64,000 bases of DNA from Lama guanicoe (taxonomy: Eukaryota), in contig MU054098.1 in assembly GCA_013239625.1 (NCBI GenBank), positions 2,543,104 through 2,607,103 on the forward strand. Direction: 5' to 3'. The notes below the pieces were generated by a model. It saw only the letters and a program-made list of their open reading frames with translations. It had not been told where the DNA came from and made no database searches. Shown one piece after another: positions 28,101 to 42,584 of the stretch (positions are counted from its first letter, which is position 1; each line of letters opens with the position of its first letter). The position numbers and the translations under genes were made by a program.

Positions 28101-31100
28101 CCCATAGCTCCTTGGCCCTGAGGAGCAAGCATAACAGGGAAACCACTGGCCTAGAAGACAGAATGACTCTAATTCAGAGTTTGAGGTGCTGGTCTTGGGC
28201 AACTCATAAGGTCTTTTGCACATGTTTGGTTATAGAATCCCCCTACAGCTCAATTTCCTCATCTTTAAAATGAAGCTAGTAATACCCACCCCTACCCAAC
28301 ATAGGGGCCTGTTATAAGGAAGAAATAAGATAAAGATATGTTTAAGTCTTTTGAAAAAAATTAATACTAGACAGAGGTCAGTGACTATTATTTTCAGTTT
28401 CACTCCATCAGTTTGGCTTAGCCTGTCATATTGTGTGGAGAGACCAGCTGGCAAGTGACACTCACCACAAGGGACTGCCAGTACAGTAACAGGGAGAGGC
28501 TGGCGAGCGAGCTGGCCCAGCTCACAGATTACCTCCTTCTGCCTGGCCTTTGTGACTGACAATGTTTCCCTTCTGCTGCCAGGCAAGCTGCATGACCTCA
28601 AAATCATCCCTCCTCGTTCACTGAAGTTGAAGGATTTGAGCAACAGGGAGGTAGAACTGCTGGCCTCTGCATCAACAGCCCACCCAAGTAATTTTCTTTC
28701 TTGGTCACTTGCGTCAATGCAGGCAGGCGGAAAGAGGCTAAGCCAGCCTTCTCCCCATGGCCCGCCCCTCTGGGCTCTGCCATAATTACTCATTTGTCTG
28801 TGGCAGATGGCTCCAAATTAAAATTGGTCTCACAGATGAGCTAGCGAGATTAAGTCTCAACAACACTGATAGGTGTTTGTGTTGAGATTGTAGAAAATCA
28901 GCAACAAGGCACTCCATTTACCCCTTCCCCTATCTGACCCCTGGTATCAGGGAGAAATTGCACAGGGTGGAAGGGGACACTGAGGGCCTGGGTAAAGGTG
29001 ACTGGTGCACAGAGAGGGGGCCTAAAGAGTCTAGCCTCTAAATCTCCAACTCTCAACATGGGAGCAGAAAGGAAAGGAGAGAATTGCAAAAGTGACCCTG
29101 CTCTTTACAGGCAGGCTGGAGAGGTATATAGAACATAGGCTTCGGAGTCTTAGTAGTTTTGGTAGATGTGCTTCCTTGGGTAAGTCAGTCTCTCCAAACC
29201 TCAGCTTCTTCATCTGTAAATGTGGACAATAACAGAGCCTACTCCACAGAGTTACAGTGAGAATGAAATGAAATAATCCATGTATATTGCTTAGAATAGT
29301 GCCTGACGCATGGCAAATACTCAACAGGTGGGAGCTAATACTACTTCCACTCCTACTAGTTGAAGCCATGCTGATATTTCCTGCCAGATAATCTCATCTA
29401 TTCATTTCTAGATATGTATTAAGCACCCACTAGCACCTAGTGGCTAAGAGTTCAGATTGTATGACCTCAGGAAAATTGTTCACCCTGATTGAGCATCAGT
29501 TTCCTTTTCTGTATAAGGGGGTTAATGATACTACCTACATCATAGGTTGCTGTGAGATTTAAATGAGAATTACTTTTCAATATTTGGCACAATGTGTGTC
29601 ATATAGCAGTCAATATATGATACTCATATCATTAGAATTAATACAAAATATTAATTTTTTGTTACCTGAATTGCCAAATGTAACAGTAGATATTTACCTC
29701 TATAATAATCTAAGTAATAGCATTAATTCTATGATTCTCATTCCAAAGTCAAAGTTCTAGGCCGAAAACATGAGTTTTGTCAAAGTCAAGAAAATAAATC
29801 AGCCACTTCATTGGAAGAAAAAGTCAGAATGACTGCACAGCATCATATTGGCCAAAGTGATGAAGTAAATTCTCTCTTCTCATGTATCTGTGCTGACTTT
29901 ATGAAGAGCTGGCCCACTTCACTCACAAAGCAGAATTATAGAGTTTAGAGATCATTTGGTCTGAAATGACATGTCCAGGGTCACTCAGCTGAGCCCAAGC
30001 TGGCACAAATGCTGCCTGTCTCCCAAGCCACTATTTCTACTACACTGCTCTGCTGCTGAGGAATCATCAGAAGCAGTAACATTTACAACACAGCTGAAAA
30101 TAAACAAAGCAGGTACACATAGTGTCTATCTAAAACAACTCATTCATGATGGAGTTCCAGCAAATGATTCATTCTCTCTAGTTCTATTCTATTTTCTAAG
30201 TATTTTTGAGTACTAATCATATGCCTGATGATAAAATTGAAAGATACAGCAAGTGCCCTTGAGAAATGTATAGTCTTGTGGGGAGAGCAGACACACACAT
30301 GATATCCAACCAGTCCACCTCTCTCATTGGGCATGGCCTTCTGTGTTCCAAGGGACATAAAAGACTTAAGATAGTGATGTTTGCCTTTCAGAAAGAAAAA
30401 ACATAATTATTTAAACTTGGTCTCAACTAGACCAAGGGAGCTAGCTGCATAATACTTCACAAGGAAGAGGCTCTGAGATAATCTTAAAAGCAAGTCACTA
30501 AATAAAAACACATAAGGTTTTTTAGCCATGACTGACACCCTCCCCCTTTCAGGGTTACCATCAACTCAGGGCTTCCTTCCTGTAGCCTGATGCTCATGGT
30601 GGTCTATAGTGCTCACCCACATACATACATGCCATTAGGGAGTTTCCTATTCTTCTCTGTCCCTAGGCAGGTGTATCTCATCTGTGTGTAATATCACCCC
30701 TTCCTCCTTCACCTCCCATGTACAGTTATCCCGAGGACAGCTATCTTCTGTCTTCTTTTCACCCCAGGCTCCTCATTGTTACTGTTTGTTTTTTTTTTTT
30801 AACTTACGGCTCTTGTTGCAAACTCAGTTCAAGTGTGAAATAGTGCAAAACTCAATGCTCTCCTTCCATCTCTTCATCCAGCTGTCCTATCCCAGAGCAC
30901 TAAACACTGTCTTGTATTGATTCCTTTCCATATGTCAACAACAAACATCGGACAGAAATAGAGCAGTGCAACAAAATGTATGTTACATCATCCAGAATGT
31001 GTGATGTGGACAATATGGGAGGCCACTCTGGATACAAATAGACAAAGAGGTTTCAGGGGAGGAACATTTCAGAAAAGAAACAGGCTTTAAGCTGGAAAGG

Positions 31101-32809
31101 AAGACAGAAGGGGATGGCACACTTGTCAGAAGGAAGTGAATGAGCAATGATGTGGGAAGTGGGAATGACGGTGGCCGGTTCAGAGTGGGCATGGGAGTGA
31201 ACGGTTGGTGATGAAATCAATGCCTGGGATTCTTGTTACCCTCATGAGATGAACCTCATGGAGGAAGTCCCCAGATACCTGACTCAAACTCAGGACACTG
31301 GGCCAGGTGAGCCCTGAGTCTTATCAGAAACAGCAGTTCTTGGGTTCCTGTGTTCATCTGCCCTCCTTGTTTTTTCCTCTGATCCTAGTTGGAGTAAAGG
31401 GAAATGAGTCTATGGCCGTTGGCTGAGACACTCCTTAGTTGGGACCTTGCTAAACAGTCCCCACTACCCCAGCTGGTTGTTACTGATCCTCTGATTGGCA
31501 GCTGGGGCAGGAAGGACTGAACTGGGATAAAAGAAAGAAGCTAGACCCACTGATCACCCAGGGGCCTTTTCGACAGGGCCACCTCTCACCAAATATTATG
31601 AGGAGCTGGTCATATTGATCTTTGACTCTCCCTCCTTTTATCTGTCTTCTTCCTGTCTTCCAACCCCTCCCCATACTCATAGGTCCAATGTTTGTGTCCC
31701 ATTTTAATCTCATTGGTTGACAACTGTCTTAGTTTCCATGATATCATGCCTACCTGATTCCTCCTCCCTCTCTGACCACTGCCTCTTTGATTCTTTTTTG
31801 AAATCCTTATCTTTTTCTCTCTTCAATATTGGTGCTGCCCAGAGTTCTGTTACTTTTCCCTTTGTAGCCCAGTATCTATCATGAGATCCATGATTGTTTT
31901 TCCAAATTTCCAAATATATTTAAAATGTATCCCAAACATTTAAATTCCCTATGTTGAATAGCAAAAATAGCAAACACTAATGTAGCACTTACTATGTGCC
32001 AGGCACCATTCTAAGTACATAACATACATTAACTTATTCAATACTCACAATCAGATGATGCAGGATAATACTCTTATCCATTCTTACAAATGGGGACATC
32101 AAGGCACAAAGAGGTTAAATGACTTCCCCAAGTTCATATAGCTAGTAAGTGGACGAACTGGGATTCAAACCTAGGCAGTCTGGCAGCAGAGTCTGTGTTC
32201 TTAATCCTGTGCCAGCCTCATTTTGCCCTCTAAATCCTCTTCCTCACCCAGTGTACCCTTTCTCAAGTGATGGCACCTTCACTCTTCCAGTTATCCTCCC
32301 AGTTGTCTAGATTTAAAACCTTGTAGATGTCTTCATCTTCAATCTCTCCTTCAGCCACCCACACCCAGTTGGTTACCAAGTCCCTTTGAATAACTTAATT
32401 GAGGTGAGGAGGCAAACATATAAACAATAAGTCAAAATTGAATGCTGTGGGAGATAAGAACGTGCTGTATATGTGGGAGCATGGGTTCTGATCACATCAC
32501 TCAAACGACCACAGTTGCTCCTTATTCCCTACAGAATAAAATTCAAAATACAAATGCAGGGTTGATAGTTTAAGAAAAGGCGGCTGGTTAATGGCCCCTC
32601 GAATCATGTTGAATTGTCACTGATAAATCCAGCCTTGGGCTTGAAAGGATAGTGAAGCCAACAGACAAGACAGGACAAGGGAAGTGGTTTCTTGTATCAA
32701 CAGAAAGTCTCTGGAGTCAGGAGAGCCACCTTAGTGAGGGTCATCCTGGATTCGGGGACCTGCTGATAAATGCACACTTTGTTACTTCTGACAGGATTAA
32801 ATGACACTA

Positions 32810-33705
32810 TATACCTCTTAGAAGAAAACATAGGCAAAACATTATCTGACATAAATCTTAGCAATGTTCTCCTAGAGTGGTCTACCTAGGCAATAGAAAT
32901 AAAAGCAAAAATAAACAAATGGGACCTAATTAAACTTATAAGCTTTTGCACAGCAAAGGAAACTAAGCAAAACAAAAAGACAACCTAAAGAATAGGATAA
33001 AATATCTGCAAATGATTCAACTGACAAAGGCTTAATCTCCAGAACATACAAACAGCTCATACAACTTAATACAACCCAATCCAAAAATGGGCAGAAGACC
33101 TAAACAATCAATTCTCCAATGAAGACATACAGCTGGTCAATAGGCACATGAAACAATGCTCAATATCACTAATTATCAGAGAAATGCAAATCAAAATTAA
33201 AATGAATACCACCTCACACCAGTCAGAATGGCTACCATTCTAAAGTCCATGAACGATAAATGCTGGAGAGGGTATGGAGAAAAGAGAACCCTCCTACACT
33301 GCTGGTGGGAATGCAGTATGGCACAGCCTATGGAAAACAGTATGGAGATTCCTCAAAAAACTAAAAACAGAATTACCATATAATCCAGCAATCCCACTTC
33401 TGGGTATGTATCTGGAAGGAACTCTAATTCGAAAAGATACATGCACCCCAATGTTCATAGCAGCACTATTTACAATAGCCAAAACATGGAAGCAGCCTAA
33501 ATGTTCATCAACAGATGACTGGATAAAGAAGTGGTGGTATATTTATACAATGGAATACTACTCAGCCATAAAAAAAGAATAATGTGCAGCAACATGGATG
33601 GACCTAGAGATTGTCATTCTAAGTGAAGTAAGCCAGAAAGAGAAAGAAAAATACCGTATGATATCACTCATATGTGGAATCTAGAAAAAAAAGGAAAGAA
33701 AAAAA
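32810..33705 (+). mobile_element. L1 ORF2 C-terminal region
   Basis: Peptide [26 protein letters not shown]...CTPMFIAALFTIAKTWKQPKC...YTMEYYSAIKK is the canonical L1 ORF2 C-terminus. Confidence 0.92.
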
Positions 33706-34429
33706 TAGACTCATAATGTCTATAAAGGGCTCAAAGAAGAAAGGAAACCATGAGATGTCCATGACAAAAGCCTTCAGATCTTGAACCTTTTCAGACCACC
33801 CTAGAATCTGACCACCTCTCACCACCAATACCACTTCACCCTCGTCAAAGCCGCCATTACCTCTTACCTAGATGATTTAGTAGCCTGCTAACTGGCCTCC
33901 CTGCTTTCCCTCTCAGCCCCACATAATCTAGTATTTCTCCAGCAGCCTGAGTCACCCTTTTAAAACATAAGTCAGACTATGTCACTCTACCCAAAGCCCT
34001 CCAAAGCCCTTTCCAATGCCTCCAAGACCCTGTATGACCTGGCCTCCTGCTCTTTCCTCTCATCTCCTACCACTCCCCCCTCACTCAATTGCTCCAGCCA
34101 CACTCATCTCTTACAGGAGTGATCTAGCCTCAGGGCCTTTGCCTGAAATGTTCCTCATCCAACTAGCTGCATGGCTGGCTCCCATCCTTCCCTTAGATAT
34201 CTGCCCCAGTGCTAGCTATCGGGCAGATCTTCTTTGATCTCCCTACAGAAAAACAGCACCTCCCCATTGCCCCCCACCTGCTTGCCCTGCTTCAAGATTA
34301 TTCATAGCTCTTATCATCACCTGACATATATGTTTGTTGCCTGTGTCACCTCTCTAGAGAAGGGACTTGGCCTATTTTATTCACTTCTGAATGCTCAGAA
34401 CAGCTTTTGGAACATGGCAGATACCTTAT

Positions 34430-34912
34430 AATTTTTTTATTGAGACATAATTGACTTATAACAGTGTCTTAATTTCAGGTGCACAACATGATGATTTGGT
34501 ATTTGTATATATTGCAAAATGATCACCAGAGTTTGTCTAGTTAACGTCCATCACCACCATAGATAGTTACAATTTTTTTCTTGTGATGAAAACTTTTAAG
34601 ACCTATTCTCAACAACAACTTTCTAATATTCGATACAATATTACTAACTATAATCACCATGCTGTATATTATATCCCCAGGAGTTATTTATTTTATACCT
34701 AGAAGTTTGTACCTTTTGACTTCTTTCACTCATTTCCCCTAACCCCCTACCCCATCTCTAGCAACTACCAATCTATCGTCTGTATTATGAGTTTGGGTTG
34801 GGTATTTTTTTCCAAATTCCACAAATAAGTGATATTGTCCAGTATTTGTCTTTCTCCATCTGACTTATTTCACTTAGCATAATGCCCTCAAGGTCCAGCC
34901 ATGCTGTCACAC
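34430..34912 (-). mobile_element. L1 3' end (older L1MA-like), antisense
   Basis: ttttttattgagacataattgac...tgacttatttcacttagcataatgccctcaaggtcc. Confidence 0.75.
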
Positions 34913-36269
34913 ATAAATGGTTTTTTGAATAAGTGAAACTCATAGAATGTCAGACCTGGAAAGACTGTCTAGTCCACCTCCTCCCCTGGGGTCAGTGAGA
35001 CTCACAAAGGGGAAGTGATTTTCCACACTCAACAGAGTGTCTTTTATGGCAGAGCCAACTTCTGACTTCCAGCTGTCACTTTCACTACATTAAAATTAAG
35101 TTCTTCTGTCTTGAAAGCCACTCACAGTGAATTCTGTGACATCCTGGGGTCACCCATTCTGAACTGTCTTCCTTGCATCTAACCTAAATCTTACATCTTA
35201 TAGACTAAACAATTTCCTCTACTTCAGCTCTTTGTAAAGAGGAAAGACATACTAAAGATAGATAAACCTTTCAATCAAATATTTGCTATTTTAAGGGACT
35301 GGTATTTGCTCTAAACAAAAGCCAAGGCATGGTTTCTGATCCAAGGTGCCTCAAAAGACTTACATCCACCCCATGAAGCAAGCATCTCTTGCTAGATGGC
35401 AGGGATCTAGAGATCCAGGGTAGGAAGGCCACATGAGTGCCTAAGTGACAATATCTTTGACTCCTGATTATTGCAGTATAGGCAGGAGAGCATTAAAATA
35501 TGTCCTCTAGAAACAAAACACATTTGTATCTAAAAACCAAACCTATTTAGTTTGTAACCAACAGCTCTTGGTTGTTATTATGTGGTCATAATTCATAGCT
35601 TTTGCTAGCCAAATAGTCTTCCCCTGAACTACTGAGGGGGAAAACAGTGGTGAGCCCTGGCTTGGTGTTGGTGTCTTTATTTTTCTGCCTTCCCTATTGA
35701 GAACCTGATTTTTTTCTTCCAGTTTTAAAGTCTCCATCATTTTAATCAGAGACATGATTTCTAAATTAGCCGATTCCCATTTGTAAACCAGGAAGCTGAA
35801 CAAGGTGGGCTTGCATATTCTGCCGTCAGTGCTAAGCTTTTTTGATTAGAATGGAAAGTGTTCTCTGGATCCTGGAACTTACTTGGGAGAAAATGCCATA
35901 GATCTTATTTGAGGGGAGCTCTTCAAGTGAGCTAAGCTCTCTTTAACTGGAGATCGTTCTTCGGTCATTCCGACTACTTTTTCATTTAAACTACCTACGA
36001 GGAATTTATTGATTCAACTAAACGTTTCATTTCCATACCCTTTGGTCTTTGAGACTGAAGAACCCAAGCCAGCAGCCAGACAGAGGAGTATGATCTAATA
36101 AGAACACTGAGCTAGCACTCTCAATCCTGAACTGCTTCTTTTGAATCAGACTGAAATATTTCCTGAAAGATCCTTGAGCTCAGCATCCATAAGTTGGTCG
36201 GATGAGGGAGGAGTCACCTTATACATAGAGGTAATGAATTATATGATAGGAAAGCATTTTGATTGGACC

Positions 36270-36798
36270 AGTGGCTTTATTAGAAAGTATCACAGTACCA
36301 TAAAGGATTTACAAGTTAGCACTGGCATCCTTCTTCTTGCCAAAGGTGGGTACAACATTGATGAAGTGACAGTTGTATTACATCTGCCACTTGACCCAGC
36401 CCATCACCGTCTCTTCCTCCTCTCTCTGCCCCTCCTTTTTCTACTTTTTGGCCACTTTGGGAGTCTGACATCTCACTTTCCCAGCACAGGACAGGGTATG
36501 ATGGACTTTCTCTCCAAGAATATGGCCAGCTACTTCCAGAGTGGTCAAGGCCTCCACCCCACACTGGCCAAGGGTAGCCGCCTCCTCCATAAGCGTGCCT
36601 GCCAGGAGCACCACTTGATCTTCCAGGGCGATGCCCTCCACTGAGGCTCCATGAGCCTTCATCTGGACAACTGTCTCCTGGCCAGTCAGCTCTAGAGTGT
36701 GTAGCCCATGGACACAGACAAAGAACTGCATGTTGGCTACTGAATCAACTGTCACCACCACTGCTGCTGCCACAAAGATGGAGTCAAGAAATAGGAAG
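36270..36798 (-). pseudogene. FAU: Processed pseudogene of FAU (ubiquitin-like FUBI fused to ribosomal protein eS30)
   Basis: Intronless [21 protein letters not shown]...[13 protein letters not shown] then ...YNCHFINVVPTFGKKKDASANL*. ATG at 36731, terminal TAA 36311-36309, two internal stops, pyrimidine-rich 5' UTR retained, AATAAA at 36281-36276. Confidence 0.93.
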
Positions 36799-39634
36799 GA
36801 CTGCATCCTCACAGCCTCCTGTGAGCCTCGTCACCACTTAGCAAAGCATCCTTAATAAAGAATTCCACACTAGAGAGAGCAGCCCATAGGTGCTGAGGAG
36901 TGTTTGATGGGGAAGAAGGAAATGTGGCCACCCAATTTCAAAACCACAATCTCAGCAATACAGAGAAATAGAATGGCATATCACCACAGGAAATTTTTGA
37001 GCAGAGGCAGAGTGGCCATCGGGCAGGAGTGTTGCCAAAGGGGTTAAACATCTATTGTAAGTCTGGACTATGTCATCTCCAAGGTCTCTTCCTACCCCAA
37101 GATTTTGCAAGGTGTCTGTCAGCTGTGGAGCATGATCTGATGAACAAAGTCTGAGAGTGGAGTTCTCATGTTGACTCCAGTCCTCAACTGTTATTAATGT
37201 AAGCAAATTACTCAACCTCTTCCTAGTTTAACTTCTTACTATTGAAAAGCAAAGGGATAATACTAAATAATCTCATAGGGATGCTGCAAGGAAATGAACA
37301 ATGTCTTGAAATTATTCTAAAACTACTTTACAAGCCCACATTAAGTAGGTACTGTGCCTGACACATAATTGGTTTAGCAGAGAGGCAAGAATACAAAGCC
37401 CCAGTATATATAAAAACCACAGGGGAGTTCACTAATAACTCCACAGCTAGTGATGCCGTCAATGCATTTCTAGAATAAAACCTCTGGAGTTCTGGTGGAT
37501 ATCTGTTTGGCTGTGGTCCACTTAATCATATACTCATCAGGATTAAATGAAACATGACAATCTAGTCCATTCTTCTGTCACTGCAAGCAATCCAAGTGTA
37601 GCCTCTGAAAGAGTTAAACACACACACACACACACCATTAATTTGATGGAACAGAACCTTGGCAAGGTATGAAAGAAGTCCCAAAACAATTCTGTGCAAG
37701 TGTCAGTTGCTCCAAATTCTCAAATGTATGCCTGTAGCCTCTGGGGAGTCTCAAGTTTACAAATGAATGGTATTATGAGACCACAGCTGAAGAAGAGTTT
37801 GCTGGAAGCTAAGCCTCCTCCTTGCATACCTGATCACCTTTGCTGCTCTTTTCTGACAATAGGCAAACAATCCCCCTGTGTCTATGGGGCCAGCTGGGAA
37901 CTGTTTCCTCCCCTGCCAGAAACTGGGGGTGGAATAATCAAGCATTTGGGAGCCTCAGTCACTACCACTCTTGCAACTTTTCAACATTCTTTGCAATTCT
38001 TATCCCCTATTGACTGAAACTAAAGGAGAAAATCAAGCAGTAGTATATTTAATTTGAAACCCTGTCCCTTCTAAGACCTCCTTTCCATCAACACTGGCCT
38101 GAATTCCTGAAAAGGTGCTACAGAGTGAAAGACTTCATTGATGCTATAAGGTGTCTGGTTACATCTGTCTTTCAAAGATAGGTAAATGTTTTGCAAGTCA
38201 AAGGTCATCCTTACATTGAACATGTCTTCACTTTTCCAAGTTTCAGATTTGGGGCACATTTGACTTTAGGGAAATAAGGACAAGACAGCTTATGTTTTCC
38301 TAATTCAGCAGTGATCAGCACCTAGCTTACTGTTCTCTAGGGAAGACAGCAGCCCACACTCTCTGCCTGCGAGCAGACTGAGAGAAAGACAGGCAAGAGG
38401 CAGTAACAGCAGGATTACAAACTCATAGTAGCCCTCCCTTCTCCCATCTCCAACCAGAGGCAATCAAGCTCTTGCTCCTTTCCTTTAAAACTTAGGTCTG
38501 TTCTGACAAGAACAAAAGGCATTCCCCACCCCCACCCAGAAGGAACTATTGACAATGCAGCTGCCAGTTCAAAGCAATACAATTAAAAGTAATGTCTGAA
38601 AGAGGAAGAAATTATGGTTGGGTAGGGGAGACATCTTTCCCACGTTTTTCCTCTCAAAACGCAATAGAGGGAAACTATATAAGTAAATGTGCTACATTAT
38701 ATGGATATTGGTAAACTTTGCTTGTCAAAGCCTGTGTTTGGAAAAAAAAAACTTGCTTGCAATTGATGATGTCAACATAATAGGTATAGGTTCAATCACA
38801 AAATGATTTAAGCTACTTTTAAAATATGACCTGTTTAGTATTATGACCCAGTAATACAATCCTAGCCATTGAATACTGAAAAATTAACTGCGCATTACAG
38901 TGTACGCTGTCATGGCCCCTGTTTTTCTGCTAAAGAAGAAAGAGTCCTGCTGAGATGTCTGTGCTAGTTGAACTTGAGCTTCTTGGCATTGTCCAGGCTC
39001 AAGTTTCTTTTCTCAAAGGCTTCCCAACTCTAGCCAAGCCCTGCTGCAGAGTGAGGGGCTCCTTGCTGCACGGGTGTTTCTGGGTGAAGCCACTCAGAAA
39101 TTCCGGGTAAAGAGTTCAAGAAGAATCTAAATACAAAATTCCCCCAAAGTGCCCCTAGCAGTACCAACCAACAAAACGTTTCCTGCCATAAATGGTCACT
39201 GTAGGTTTATCTCATGCTTGCCTAGAATATCCATAACTCATGGAGTTTCCATTCTGATGATAACCAAGGGAACTAACTGCGTTACTTCCATGAGATGAAT
39301 GTGCCTTGACTCCTTTTCAGTGGGGCTGAAGATAGTAGCAAAATAGTACCATGCCATGGAAACGTGATCTCCATAATGCCCTGCCCCATTTCCTGCCACT
39401 GTAGTCCTTCAGTACCACCACCCCCAGACGAAGACCCTTCATTCCCATGGGGTACAGGCTCTGGGACTAATCCTGTTCCTAGTCATGGGGACTCTTAAAA
39501 CTAAAGGCCAGCAGATCAGCACTTTAGGATCCAGTCAGCCAAGCTGCTGCTCCCCTCTGAATCTTGTAATTTGATAGCTCTGTCTGAGCCCTTGCCTTGT
39601 TGCCATGTAACCAAGCCTCTGCTTTACATTCTAC

Positions 39635-39852
39635 TTTAATGGTTCTAAACTGCAGGCAGTTTTGCTCCCCAGTGGGGCTATTTGGCAATGTCTAGAGATA
39701 TTTTTGGCTGTCACACTTCTGGAGGGGATGCTACTTGCATAAAGGGAGTAGAGGCGAGTAGCAATGCTAAATATCCTACAGTGAATAGCACATTCCCCCA
39801 CAACAAAAATTATCTGGGCCAAAATGTCAAGAGTGCCAAGGCTGAGATACCC
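39635..39852. mobile_element. MER20 hAT-Charlie MITE
   Basis: tttggcaatgtctagagatatttttggctgtcaca...aaaatgtcaagagtgccaaggctgaga. Confidence 0.8.
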
Positions 39853-40387
39853 TGGAGTAATTCCAGTAACTGAGTCCCTGTCTTATATCCTGCCCAAGAG
39901 CCCCATTCATGTTGCCAGACCTCCACCAATCACCTGCTTCCTAGACCTCTGTGTACATCCACACTCTCCAGGTACCGTGTTCCACCCACATACTGAGAAA
40001 CCTCTCCCTATCCACTACCAGCATGTCTGAACTGTTTCAGATACCAAACAGCCATCATTCCACCTGACCACCTTGAGTCCGTAGTGCATGCTTTTAACAA
40101 CCCAAGATCTGGCTCCAAACTGCTTGGATCAAAGTCCTGGCTCCTCCATTTGGTAGCTGTGTAAGCTTAGACAGATTTCTTTACCTTTCTGAGCATCAAT
40201 TTTTTATCTACAAAATATAAATAGTGGCAATTCCTACCTCATAAATGAGATAACAAATGTCAAGTGCTTAGCAAATTTCCTATCATGTTTTAAAGTATTA
40301 GGTAAATGTTAGCTATTTCCCATTGCTAAGGCATTTCTAGATTGCTTCAGTGGGCCTCTTCTTGTCCATGGTTATCAACCTTCTAGA

Positions 40388-40580
40388 GCAGCACTCTCCA
40401 ATAGAACTTTTTGCCATTATGGAATTGTTTTCTATCTACACTGTCCAATAAGGTAGCCATCATACGGCTAGTGAGTAGTAATGTAGACAGGGTGACTGAG
40501 GAATTGAATTTTTAAAGTATTATTTAATTTTAATTAAAATAGATGAATGTGGATAATGGTTATCATAATATACAACACAC
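40388..40580. mobile_element. MER3 hAT-Charlie MITE
   Basis: cagcactctccaatagaactttttgcc...tgactgaggaattgaattttt, similar to the 11503 copy. Confidence 0.7.
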
Positions 40581-40844
40581 TGTTAGAGTTTTTCAAAATT
40601 AATAGCCCACTAAAAATTAAATAGTGATAAACCAACCTGGGGAGTGGAGGGGCATTCCCACTCCTTCCCTTCCAGACATGGAGAATCACAGTCCCAGGCG
40701 GCCACTGTGCTGATGGGAGTGGGTTGCAATCTTCAGGTAGATTGGAATAGAAGACAAGCCTAAGACTGGTATGACTAATTCTAGCTAGTTCTGTCTCTCC
40801 CTGCTCCAGTCAGCCCACTGCCAAGCAAGCCTCATACCCTAGAG

Positions 40845-41050
40845 CAAGGGTTCCCAACTAGGGCAACTGTGCCCCCAGAGGACACCTGGCAATGTCCGGA
40901 GACATTTTTGGTTGTGAAACCTGGGGGAAGGGAGAGCTGATACCAGCATCCAGTGGATAGAGACCTGGGATGCTGCTAAACATCCTACAATGCACGGGAC
41001 AGCCCCCCACAACAAAGAATTATCTGATCCCCAAAATGTTGAGAAACTCT
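40845..41050. mobile_element. MER20 hAT-Charlie MITE
   Basis: ggacacctggcaatgtccggagacatttttggttg...gatgctgctaaacatcctacaatgcacgggacagcccccc. Confidence 0.8.
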
Positions 41051-42078
41051 GCCCAGGAGGGATTCTTAAACAATCTCAGACAAGGAAGTATCTATTCTGC
41101 TCTTAAAAGCCTCCAAATACAGATAGTATCTAACGTCCCTGAAGAAATCAGTGAAATGGTTACACTACCCCCAGTTTACTCCCTTCAGGTTACCTGGAAG
41201 GAAATTGTTCCTTTCCATATGAGGGACAGAGTTTTAAAAAACAACAATTCTTCAATCTTGAAAACTGCAAAGAAGAGAAATCTCTAAGATGATGGAGGCT
41301 ATACAGAAGGAAAACTGGGTCTAGCTCACCAATTGCTAGGATATCAGAAGAGAGCCTTTGAACCTACCAAAGTTTCAAGATGAATGATAGATTACAATTT
41401 CCACAGAGTGTAATAAAATGGCTGACCTCATTACCCCAAAAAGTGATATGGTGTAAAGAATAAAGGTTTTCTCAAAACAGATTGAATTTAGTTATGTTTA
41501 CAGCTTCTAAAACCATAAGAAATTATTTAGAAGGGCCAGGAATATTAGGGGCCATGCTTCTGTGAAATTGATAGCATGGAAGGAATTCATGCTCTCCCCC
41601 AAAACCTCCTCTTGTGCCTCAGAGATAGAAATCTGGGCTGTAAGGCCCATGGGCCTGAGACAGTCATTGGACTAGAGCTTATATTTTAGGTCTCCTGAAT
41701 TTCTCCATGCTGCAATTTAGGTACATTTTCTCATGTACTGACTTCAGGGAAAAAGCTGAAAATCTACTATGTTCATTATAGAAAGGAAAACTGGATAATT
41801 CAGATCATAAACTAATTTTTCTTCTCCTAACTTAGAGCTTGGGGAAAGTATAAATAGTCTACATAATGGTCCCCTACTTTTCACTGTTCTTTGTCTAACT
41901 AGACACCAAATGCCTCTATGTAGCAGCAATCAGCTGGGCCAGATATACAAAATTCAATCCTGCAGATAGATGCTTCACCTCTATCTGGAGATTTGGGAAA
42001 TGGAAGATAGCTGATGACTTACAATGTTTCCTTTGCTGAAAAGATCAAGGATAGTCATGTAAAGAAAAATTAACTTCC

Positions 42079-42584
42079 GGGGTGGCCTAGAGGTACAGTT
42101 CAGTGGTAGAAAGATCCTGGGTTCTATCCCTAGTACCTCCATCAAAAAAAAAAAGCTTAATTATTTTTTAAAAAGTCAGACAGAGAAAGACAAATATCAT
42201 ATGATATCATTTATATGTGAAATCTAAACAAAGATACAAATTTTATTTACAAACCAGAAACAGACCCACAGACACAGAAAAAAAAAAACTATGATTACCA
42301 AAGGGGAAAGGGGAGGATAGATAAATTAGGGGTTGGGGATGAACAGATACAAACTACTATATATAAAGCAGATAAACAACAAGGACCTACTATATAGCAG
42401 AGGGAACTATATTCAATTTCTTGTAACAAGCTATACTGGAAAAGAATCTAAACATACATACGTATATATATGTATGTATATATATGTATAATTGAAGCAC
42501 TTTGCTTTACACCTGAAACATTGTAAATCAACTATACTTCAATAAAAAATAAAATTCAAGTTAAAAAAATGTTTTAAAGAGAAA
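42079..42584 (+). mobile_element. Composite insertion: internally deleted Vic-1-like SINE followed by an L1 3' end
   Basis: SINE head 42079-42154 and L1 3' end from about 42172 to 42584. Identical 18-bp TSD aaagaaaaattaacttcc at 42061-42078 and 42585-42602. Confidence 0.8.

Noticed and set aside
28230..28793. 187-aa minus-strand ORF
   Set aside because: No recognisable homology and runs into a MIR; probably a chance ORF in GC-richer DNA.
36141..36644. 167-aa plus-strand ORF
   Set aside because: Antisense shadow of the FAU pseudogene.
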